Translations under genes and position numbers: made by a program
NCBI GenBank assembly: GCA_020697135.1
Contig: JAJFBM010000003.1
Span: 7,768 to 71,767, forward strand
Reading direction: 5' to 3'
Origin: Rickettsiaceae bacterium
GTDB lineage: Bacteria > Pseudomonadota > Alphaproteobacteria > Rickettsiales > Rickettsiaceae
Length of the DNA: 64,000 nt
Shown: positions 38,313 through 45,607 of the stretch, one piece after another
Numbering within the stretch: position 1 is the stretch's first letter
How the letters are laid out: the number at the start of each line of letters is the position of its first letter
The notes under the pieces: model-generated
Told to the model about the DNA's origin: nothing
What the model saw: the letters and a program-made list of their open reading frames with translations, nothing else
Database searches by the model: none

Positions 38313-39011
38313 TAAATCAGGGCGGCGTTGTTTAGTTATTTCTAAGGATTTTTTATAACGCCAATCCTCTATTTTTTTATGGTCGCCGCTGATTAATATA
38401 TCTGGCACCTTTCTGCCTTTCCATTCTGCAGGTCTTGTATATAATGGATATTCAAGTAGGGGCTTTTGCGCAGGGCCTAAAATAGAGAAGGATTCTTCAC
38501 ATAAAGTCTCTCTGTTCTCTAATACGCCAGGTAATAACCTAATGCATGAATCAAGCAGCACAAGAGCTGCAAGTTCACCACCTGATAAAACATAATCACC
38601 AATGCTTAGTTCTTGGATATTATATTCTTCGATAATGCGTTCATCGATACCTTCAAATCTTCCACATAAGATTATTATATTTTTATACTGAGATATTTCT
38701 TGTGAGAGTGCTTGAGTTAAATTTTTGCCCCTTGGCGACATATAAATTATAGTTGCATTAGGATTAGAGGCAAGCGCATGATCAATTGCAGCACCGAGTA
38801 CATCAGCGCGCATAACCATTCCATTTCCCCCCCCATAAGGTATGTCATCAACATTTTTATGTTTAGTCAAGCCAAAGTCCCTAATATCGACTAACTCATA
38901 TTGCCAAATTCCAGCTTTTAATGCTTGACCTGCAAGTGAATATGCTAAAGGACCTGGAAAAATCTCAGGAAAAATGCTAAGCATACTAACTTTAAATATA
39001 GGGCTACTCAT
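38304..39011 (-). CDS. trmD: tRNA (guanine37-N1)-methyltransferase
   Basis: 235 aa. LSIFPEIFPG, YGGGNGMVMR, CGRFEGIDERI and SIGDYVLSGGELAALV (the SPOUT knot). Confidence 0.95.
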   Translation of the reverse strand: MSSPIFKVSMLSIFPEIFPGPLAYSLAGQALKAGIWQYELVDIRDFGLTKHKNVDDIPYGGGNGMVMRADVLGAAIDHALASNPNATIIYMSPRGKNLTQALSQEISQYKNIIILCGRFEGIDERIIEEYNIQELSIGDYVLSGGELAALVLLDSCIRLLPGVLENRETLCEESFSILGPAQKPLLEYPLYTRPAEWKGRKVPDILISGDHKKIEDWRYKKSLEITKQRRPDLLK

Positions 39012-39059
39012 ATAATTCTCTGGAACTAATATATTACTACAAATGGATAGTAAGAGCTG

Positions 39060-41234
39060 TTACTTCTTTCCTGAAATGGTCTCTTTACTCTGAGGGGGAG
39101 TCAGTTTTTCAGCACTTCGTAATAATTTTATAATAAAATTATTACCTCTAGCTAGTGCAATATCTAAAGCATTCTCATTATTATTATTCTTATTACGATA
39201 TTCAATACCTTTCTCAAGTAAATATTTTACTATCTTTCCATGACCATTTAAAACTGCTATAGCAAGTAGATTATTACCTTCGTCATCATAAATATTCAAT
39301 AGTGGATAGTTATCAATCCAGACACGTAATGAATCAAGGTCACCGCTTGTTGCTGCATTTATTGCCGCTTGTCGTAAATCATTCTCGTATAAAGGTATTT
39401 CACTACCTGTATTATTATATTCTTCAGGCTTTATAAACGTTAGGATACCATATCCATAAAACTTGTCATCATAGTCTTTCAAAAATTTATCAATTTTTTG
39501 CTTTTTATTCAACCCTTTTTCTAAAGAAATATTTTTCCAAAATAATTCTACGTAAGAGTTAAAATCCATTAGATCATTTTTTGCATTCTCAGTTAAACTG
39601 CCAAGTACAACATCCTCATCCTCCTTTAGCTGTAGCATAATAAGTTCGTTTTCAACAAATTTATCAACTTCAATATCTTCAGGTGAGGCAGGTAAGGTTT
39701 TTGGTTCGGGTTTATGCTTAGCCTCTTCTTTAGGCTTGAGTGATTTTATTGTTTCTTTCTCTAATTTTATAGGTGTCTGAGGTAAATCCTCATTTCTTTG
39801 GATCATCGTTCCTTTAAATTCTTTATCCCTTATTATATCAATTGGAGTCGGTATAATATTGGACTCTGAAATATTTAATGAAGGATTATTCAAACTTCCT
39901 TCAGGTGGTTGATTTACAATAGGGCTTAGGGATATATCCTTCTTATCATTTATATTAGAGCTTTTAGGAGCTTCCTCAGCTTTGCTCTCATTGGTGGTAG
40001 CTGGAACAGGTTCTATAGGTGGATTATTAGGAATAGCTGGTGCAACAGGAATAGTAGTTTCTCTTTGTGGCTGAGCTGGTGCAATTCCATTAGGCGTAGT
40101 TTCAGAATTTTGTTCCGGTATAGGTGCTAAATCCTTAGGAAGCTCAATTGGTGCTACTATAGGGGGAGCAGGAATATTGCTTGTTGGCTCTGCATTTAAT
40201 GGGCCTGCTACAGGTAAATTTTCATTTGCTTTTGGTGCAGTTTGTAGTTCTGCAGCAGGAGCAGGAGTTTGAGTTATATTCACTACGGGGGCAGGTTGTA
40301 TATTCCCTGTCTCTGTTGCAGGTGCAGTAGGGGCTGCTAAAGGTAAAATTGATTCAGGTATAATAGCTGGAGTAGGTTGGCCTGGGGGATTTTGAAACTT
40401 ATCTAAATCAAAATCTTTATCTGAAATATTTAAAGGATCACTTGGAGGATTTTGAGGTAAGCTATCCTTTTTTTGCATGCCTTCTATTGGAGTTGCTTCT
40501 GTCTCTGCTGGCTTATAATTCTCTAATGCTTGTGGAGAAATAGGTTCCTGCGTAGTAGGGGTATTCGTAATTTTATCTTCTGGCGGTAAAGGTGTTTTAA
40601 TTAGTTCTGTTTCTGGCGTGTCCAATTTTATATCTTTATCTTGGTGAGGTAAAGCCTCACTCTCAGGTTTCGCTAGATCAGTATTATCCTCTATATTAGG
40701 AATATCCTTACTAGGTTCTAAAATTTCTTCTTTAACAATAGGCTCATTTTTAGGCTCATTTTTTTTGCTTGGCCAAATGTAGCTTTTAATTTTATCTAGC
40801 ATTGAAGGTGAAGCTGGAGCTGTTTGTTTAACCTCCTGCGGTGAAATAGGTTCCTGCTTAGTAGGATTATCAGTAATTTTATTTTCTGGCTCTGAAGGAA
40901 CTTTAGTATCTTCAGTTTGCGGCTTATCCAACGTTAACTCTTTAGAGGAATCAGGAGTGTGTAAAGTTTCTTGCGCAGGTGCAATTAGATTTATTCCACT
41001 TGTACTATCTGAAATATTTTTACTAGGTTCTATAATTTCTTCTTTGACAATAGGCTCATTTTTTTTGCTTGGCCAAATGTAGCTTTTAATTTTATCCAAC
41101 ATTGAAGGTGAAGCTGGAGCTGTTTGTTTAGGATCTTGCGAAATATTTGGTAATGCAGGGAGAGGAGTATCTTCTGCAGTAGAAGAACAGATAATAGAGA
41201 ATATTATTAAAACAACCCAAATTTGCTTAAGCAT
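39060..41234 (-). CDS. Signal-peptide-bearing protein with Pro/Thr-rich disordered repeats and C-terminal ankyrin repeats (RARP-1-like architecture)
   Basis: 724 aa. Signal peptide MLKQIWVVLIIFSIICSSTAED. Two units of about 100 aa contain QTAPASPSMLDKIKSYIWPSKKNEP. A long P/A/T/N-rich region follows. The C-terminal ANK part is DDEGNNLLAIAVLNGHGKIVKYLLEKGIEYRNKNNNNENALDIALARGNNFIIKLL. Confidence 0.6.
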   Translation of the reverse strand: MLKQIWVVLIIFSIICSSTAEDTPLPALPNISQDPKQTAPASPSMLDKIKSYIWPSKKNEPIVKEEIIEPSKNISDSTSGINLIAPAQETLHTPDSSKELTLDKPQTEDTKVPSEPENKITDNPTKQEPISPQEVKQTAPASPSMLDKIKSYIWPSKKNEPKNEPIVKEEILEPSKDIPNIEDNTDLAKPESEALPHQDKDIKLDTPETELIKTPLPPEDKITNTPTTQEPISPQALENYKPAETEATPIEGMQKKDSLPQNPPSDPLNISDKDFDLDKFQNPPGQPTPAIIPESILPLAAPTAPATETGNIQPAPVVNITQTPAPAAELQTAPKANENLPVAGPLNAEPTSNIPAPPIVAPIELPKDLAPIPEQNSETTPNGIAPAQPQRETTIPVAPAIPNNPPIEPVPATTNESKAEEAPKSSNINDKKDISLSPIVNQPPEGSLNNPSLNISESNIIPTPIDIIRDKEFKGTMIQRNEDLPQTPIKLEKETIKSLKPKEEAKHKPEPKTLPASPEDIEVDKFVENELIMLQLKEDEDVVLGSLTENAKNDLMDFNSYVELFWKNISLEKGLNKKQKIDKFLKDYDDKFYGYGILTFIKPEEYNNTGSEIPLYENDLRQAAINAATSGDLDSLRVWIDNYPLLNIYDDEGNNLLAIAVLNGHGKIVKYLLEKGIEYRNKNNNNENALDIALARGNNFIIKLLRSAEKLTPPQSKETISGKK
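40710..41130. repeat. Intragenic tandem duplication of about 300 bp with a nearly identical core of about 110 bp
   Basis: 40710..40830 and 41021..41130 are near-identical (tactaggttcta.aatttcttcttt.acaataggctcatttttttt gcttggccaaatgtagcttttaattttatc...attgaaggtgaagctggagctgtttgttta). The exception is a 12-bp internal duplication (ggctcattttta) in the first block. Confidence 0.85.
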
Positions 41235-41243
41235 TTAATCTCA

Positions 41244-42110
41244 TTAATCATCATTAGGCATTAATTTTTTTATCTCTTTTTCTACTAAACTTTTTACTAT
41301 TGAAGGGAGATTCTCATCAAGCCATTGGCTTAAATATGGTCTTATAGCTTCTACTACTAATTCTTCTACTGTCGAACCTGTACGAAATTTTAAACCATCA
41401 GTATGTGGTTTAAAAGCTTTTGTCATAAGTTCTTTAATAGCGCTTGTAGCCTCATTTGCAACTTTATCAGAAACTAAATGACTCTTTTGTTTAGCTTCCA
41501 TATCTTCTGTAGTAGTAGTTGCAGCATTTGCTGCGTTGTCTGTTACTGGAGCTGTTACGACGAGAGTCTCATTTTTAACCGCTTCAGCACTAGCTGTAGG
41601 TGCGGGTGGTTGTGCTGTAGTTGTTGTTACTGCTGCAGGCGCCACAGCTTCTGTGGGTGCGCTTGGAGCCGAAGATGTGACAGCAGGTGTCGCTACCGGA
41701 GCTGCTGCTGGTATTTCACTTTTAGCTGGTTCAATAGGGCTTGGTGCGACTTGATTTTGTTGCACTTGTGTTGTTGCCGTATCAGGCTGAGCTGGTTGTT
41801 GCATTGTAGTTTCCTTAAGTGGCTCTGCTACAGCTGTTGTCGCGGCTGTAGGTGCAATATTTGCTGCCGGAGCTGCGTTCTGTGGCGGTATTTCCTTTGC
41901 AATTTCAGTAGCAGCAGGAGCTGACGTGCTTTGCGCTTCTGCAACTTCAGTAAGCTCAAGAACATCATCATTATCCTTGTTCCCTTCAGCTTTATTTGCT
42001 TGAGCTTTCTGCTCTTCGGTAGGGTCCTCATTAATAACCCCCCTAATGGATTGTAATATTTCATCCATTGAGGGGTTATTTTCAGGTTTTGTTTGTTCTT
42101 GAGCTTTCAT
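41244..42110 (-). CDS. PopZ-like pole-organizing protein (DUF2497 family)
   Basis: 288 aa. The N-terminal motif PSMDEILQSIRGVINED resembles Caulobacter PopZ PTMEEILASIRRIISED. There is a long Ala/Pro/Thr-rich linker. The C-terminal VEELVVEAIRPYLSQWLDENLPSIVKSLVEKEIKKL resembles LEDVVRELLRPLLKEWLDQNLPRIVE. Confidence 0.7.
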   Translation of the reverse strand: MKAQEQTKPENNPSMDEILQSIRGVINEDPTEEQKAQANKAEGNKDNDDVLELTEVAEAQSTSAPAATEIAKEIPPQNAAPAANIAPTAATTAVAEPLKETTMQQPAQPDTATTQVQQNQVAPSPIEPAKSEIPAAAPVATPAVTSSAPSAPTEAVAPAAVTTTTAQPPAPTASAEAVKNETLVVTAPVTDNAANAATTTTEDMEAKQKSHLVSDKVANEATSAIKELMTKAFKPHTDGLKFRTGSTVEELVVEAIRPYLSQWLDENLPSIVKSLVEKEIKKLMPNDD

Positions 42111-42124
42111 AATTTTTTAAGCTT

Positions 42125-43513
42125 CTAGTAGCCAATGAGTTTATATTTAATCTTATTAAATTCTTGCTCAGCGTTAAATTGATCAACTTTTAATTTCATA
42201 GCTTGAGCAGTAAGATTACCTAAAAGTGATTGTAGCTTATAAGCTATTAAAATGTGATCTTTTTTTGCTTCAATACTAGAAATTTGTGCTTTATAAAGTT
42301 CGTTCTGTGCATTTAAAACATCAAGCACAGTTCTATTACCTAAAGCTTCTTCTTGTTTCACGCCTTCAAGCGCAAGTGTAGCAGCATCTATTTGGTCTTT
42401 AACAAGATTTATTTTTTCCTTAGCAGCAATATGGTTCTCCCAAGTAGAGATACATTCAGTAACAATAGTATCTATTACGCTCTCAAGGGATAAAGCAGCA
42501 GATCTAGCTTTACTTTTCTGTTCACGAATTTGTGAATATTCAGCGCCACCTTTTGCAAGTATAGGAATATGTATAGTAATAGCACCACCTTTACTAACAC
42601 TATCTTTATGACGAGTGGTAGAACTACCCTTAGTTTTATATTTATTTGCGCTATCGCTTACTGATAAGCCTAAATCAGCAGATGGTAAAAGTTGGCTTTT
42701 TGATTTGTAGGTAGAATATTTACTTGCTTCAACATTATATTTTGCAGCGTTAATGTATGGATGAGTAGATTTAGACTGACTTAAAAGTGTGTCAAAGTTT
42801 GATGGTAAGTTGCTAGGTAGCGAAGGAAGCTTCACGTTTACCGGTTCAACACCTATATTTCTTTTGAAATCAGCTTTTTGTGCTTGAAGTCTTGCAAAAG
42901 CTACTGCTTTTCCAGATTTTGCCTGGGCAAGAGCCGCTTTAGCTTGTGCAACTTCAGTTTTAGTAGATTCACCTAGTTTATATTTTTGTTGTGTTGCTTC
43001 ATATTGCTTTAAAAATGCTTTCACACTTTTATCAGCAACATCATAATTTTCTTGAGCTTGAATATAGGTAAGATAGCTATCAATAGCCTTGCTTAAAATT
43101 TCTTGCTCATCAAGTTCTAATTGACTTTTTGCTGCAAGGTAAGCTAATTTTGCAGCTTGCAAGCCTGCAACAGACCCACCGCCATTGAACAAAGGCTGTG
43201 ATACGCTAACTGATTTATCTATACCTCTGCCATTAGCCTTTTGTGGAGCATCTGTGCGATAACTTAAAGGATCAGTATCTTTACTATGATTTTTGCTATA
43301 TTTCAGCTGGCCATTAACTCTTGGCATAAATTCTGAAAGAGCTTGTGGATATTGCTCAATCGATCTTAAATATTCTTCTCGCTTAAGCTTAAGCGCAGGA
43401 TTATTTTTATAAGCATGTGTGAGGGCTTCATTTAAATCCATTGCAAGGGCTGAAGTACTAGCAAGCGCAGTAATAAAAAATGTAATTAATTTGTTTTTCA
43501 TAAGTAAGTTCAT
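42125..43513 (-). CDS. tolC: TolC-family outer-membrane efflux / type I secretion channel
   Basis: 462 aa. Signal peptide ...ALASTSALA, then LNEALTHAYKNNPALK, two tandem OEP repeats and coiled-coil segments. Confidence 0.9.
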   Translation of the reverse strand: MNLLMKNKLITFFITALASTSALAMDLNEALTHAYKNNPALKLKREEYLRSIEQYPQALSEFMPRVNGQLKYSKNHSKDTDPLSYRTDAPQKANGRGIDKSVSVSQPLFNGGGSVAGLQAAKLAYLAAKSQLELDEQEILSKAIDSYLTYIQAQENYDVADKSVKAFLKQYEATQQKYKLGESTKTEVAQAKAALAQAKSGKAVAFARLQAQKADFKRNIGVEPVNVKLPSLPSNLPSNFDTLLSQSKSTHPYINAAKYNVEASKYSTYKSKSQLLPSADLGLSVSDSANKYKTKGSSTTRHKDSVSKGGAITIHIPILAKGGAEYSQIREQKSKARSAALSLESVIDTIVTECISTWENHIAAKEKINLVKDQIDAATLALEGVKQEEALGNRTVLDVLNAQNELYKAQISSIEAKKDHILIAYKLQSLLGNLTAQAMKLKVDQFNAEQEFNKIKYKLIGY

Positions 43514-43867
43514 AATTTTATATATAATACTTTAGCGATTAATTTTAATCAATCAACATAAAGTGACAAATTGGTTAACTGAAAGTAAGTTATGTATTGT
43601 AAAATAACCACTAACACTTTAAAATTCAAGTGCATATCCATAAAATAAAGATCAATATAGCATATAGCGCTCTAATTTATATTAATATATAATGGTTAAT
43701 TTTTAGTTTACAATACTAGGGCTAATAATATTGCTAAGATAATCATTGCTTTTTCATATAAAAATGCTTATAAATATTTAACTTAAAGAAACCTTACTAT
43801 ATATATTAATACTTTCAAATATGAAAATAATATTATATTTTAGGTTAAGTTGACTATAGGATTTAAT

Positions 43868-43942
43868 GGCTAGGTAGCAAAGTGGTAATGCCGCGGACTG
43901 CAAATCCGCTATGCGCCGGTTCGATTCCGGCTCTGGCCTCCA
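43868..43942 (+). tRNA. tRNA-Cys (anticodon GCA)
   Basis: Manual fold. Acceptor stem GGCTAGG/TCTGGCC (two G-U pairs), anticodon stem GCGGA/TCCGC with loop CTGCAAA, T-arm CCGGTTCGATTCCGG, and an encoded CCA. Confidence 0.8.
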
Positions 43943-43955
43943 AAATAATAATTTC

Positions 43956-44930
43956 ATGCAATATCTTGAGCAATTTGTTGAAATGATGATAGCTGAGAGA
44001 GCTATTGCCAAAAATACTGTTTCTGCTTACGTACAAGACATAAAAGAATTTCAAGTTTTCTTATCGCGCTCATCTTATGAAATTTCCGGCTCGACGGATA
44101 AAAATGTAAGAGAATTTATTCAGCATCTTAGCCTGAGTAACATATCTCCTCGTACAATTTCTAGGAAAATTTCCTCGCTTAGAGCCTTCTTTGACTTTCT
44201 CATTCAAGAGCATATTATTGCAAATAACCCAGCAAGACTAATTGACACGCCTAAATATTCTTCAAATTTACCTGATATCTTATCTTACGAAGAGATTGAG
44301 AAATTAATTTCATATACAGAAAATGATAAAAGCCCTGAAGGTATTAGGCTTGATGCGATGATTAAGTTGCTTTATGCTGCAGGGCTTAGAGTATCAGAAC
44401 TTGTAAGCATAAGAATAACTGATTTGCAAATTGAGAAGATAGGCTTAAATGAAGAGAAGTTATTAAACAAAGGTATAAAGCCTATATTTTTTGAAGGTGA
44501 AATTAAGCCATATTTCTGCATTAAAGGTAAAGGTGGTAAAGAACGGCTTATAATTATCAATGAAACAGCAATACAAGCGCTTAAAAAATACTTGCCAATA
44601 AGGTCTATATTTATAAGTAACTCTAAAAGTGAGTTATTTTTATTTCCTTCATATGCTAAAGAGGGTTATATGACACGGCAGAATTTCGCTATATTACTTA
44701 AAAATTCTGCTATAAATGCTGGCCTTACGCCTGAGAAAGTCTCCCCGCATATACTCCGCCATAGTTTTGCAAGTCATTTACTCGCAGGTGGCGCTGATCT
44801 TCGCTCAATCCAAGAATTACTAGGGCATGCAGATATAAGTACAACGCAAATTTATACTCATGTACAGTCAGAAAAATTAAAGCAAGTACTTGAAGAAATG
44901 CATCCTGCTAGTAAATGGAAAGAAGTCTAA
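43956..44930 (+). CDS. xerD: Site-specific tyrosine recombinase XerD
   Basis: I moved the start to ATG 43956, because the track ORF overlaps the tRNA. N-terminal SAM-like domain FVEMMIAERAIAKNTVSAYVQDIKEF. Catalytic motifs GLRVSEL, HILRHSFASHLL and LLGHADISTTQIYTHV. Confidence 0.9.
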   Translation: MQYLEQFVEMMIAERAIAKNTVSAYVQDIKEFQVFLSRSSYEISGSTDKNVREFIQHLSLSNISPRTISRKISSLRAFFDFLIQEHIIANNPARLIDTPKYSSNLPDILSYEEIEKLISYTENDKSPEGIRLDAMIKLLYAAGLRVSELVSIRITDLQIEKIGLNEEKLLNKGIKPIFFEGEIKPYFCIKGKGGKERLIIINETAIQALKKYLPIRSIFISNSKSELFLFPSYAKEGYMTRQNFAILLKNSAINAGLTPEKVSPHILRHSFASHLLAGGADLRSIQELLGHADISTTQIYTHVQSEKLKQVLEEMHPASKWKEV

Positions 44931-45068
44931 TATTACAAAAATAATTAAAAAGGTTAATTTTATGTTGACTTCTTAATAATTATCCGTTATAAAGGTAATG
45001 TATTTTTAAAATAATAATATAAAAATACTAACTAATATAATTTTAAATAAATATAGTAAAAGGTTTTT

Positions 45069-45476
45069 ATGAAAATAAAAAAGTTAATCCCATTATTTGC
45101 AGCATTATTAATAACACAAGGTTGTGCAACAGTTTTTTCTGGAAGTGACCAAGCGATAAATGTTAAGGTAATTGAAGCAAATGATCATGATATTTTAGAA
45201 GGTGTAAGCTGCGTAGTAACAGATGGTTACGGCGAAATGCATGTTGTCCAATCTAATCCAGGGGTTGTTAAAGTAAGCAGAAGCAGTGGTTCAGTCCAAG
45301 TAAATTGTAAAAAACCTGGTTACAAGCAGTTAAATACAGCTGTAGGTGATAGCTTTAATAAAACAACCTTGGTAAATATAATATTCTGGCCTGGTTTCTT
45401 AGTAGATGCAGTAAGTGGAGCTTATAAAAAATTCCCAACACACTATGTTGTTTCTATGGAAAGAATTAAAGACTAA
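45069..45476 (+). CDS. Small lipoprotein, function unknown
   Basis: 135 aa with lipobox LITQGC after a signal peptide. Confidence 0.6.
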   Translation: MKIKKLIPLFAALLITQGCATVFSGSDQAINVKVIEANDHDILEGVSCVVTDGYGEMHVVQSNPGVVKVSRSSGSVQVNCKKPGYKQLNTAVGDSFNKTTLVNIIFWPGFLVDAVSGAYKKFPTHYVVSMERIKD

Positions 45477-45607
45477 TGCGTCTTTTTTGTTAGAGCCGGA
45501 ATTATTTGGCTCTAACAATTTGCAAAATTCCTTTCCCAATTTTATATTTAGATCTTAAAGTTCCTGCAAAATTCAATTACTTTATATTCAAAACCTAGCC
45601 TTGAGAA

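Noticed and set aside
40506-41135. Repeated DNA blocks considered as a possible CRISPR array or intergenic tandem repeat
   Set aside because: The repeats have a period of about 300 bp, lie inside a continuous ORF and encode a duplicated protein module. There is no short repeat-spacer periodicity anywhere in the window.
41478-41924. 148-aa Cys/Arg/Ser-rich ORF (and 41536..41754, 41828..42064) overlapping the popZ-like gene
   Set aside because: These ORFs lie antisense or out of frame to the Ala/Pro/Thr-rich linker of the PopZ-like gene. The biased GCN/ACN/CCN codon runs keep alternative frames open. The PopZ frame has the recognisable conserved termini.
43778-44054. Two minus-strand ORFs (77 and 63 aa) and the 15-codon N-terminal extension of the xerD track ORF, all overlapping tRNA-Cys
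   Set aside because: The sequence folds into a canonical tRNA-Cys(GCA). xerD has a proper ATG at 43956 just after the tRNA, so the ORFs are artefacts.
43868-44930. A tRNA followed directly by a tyrosine recombinase, as the signature of an integrative island or prophage
   Set aside because: The recombinase has the full XerD signature (SAM-like N-domain, HILRHSFASHLL, LLGHADISTTQIYTHV). The downstream genes are housekeeping (lipoprotein, PBP1A, miaB). I saw no direct repeat of the tRNA 3' end.
45489-45516. 9-bp-stem hairpin (gttagagcc...ggctctaac) after the lipoprotein gene, considered as a terminator
   Set aside because: The T-run precedes rather than follows the stem on the plus strand, and on the minus strand the hairpin is followed by an A-run. 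It is not a canonical intrinsic terminator on either strand.
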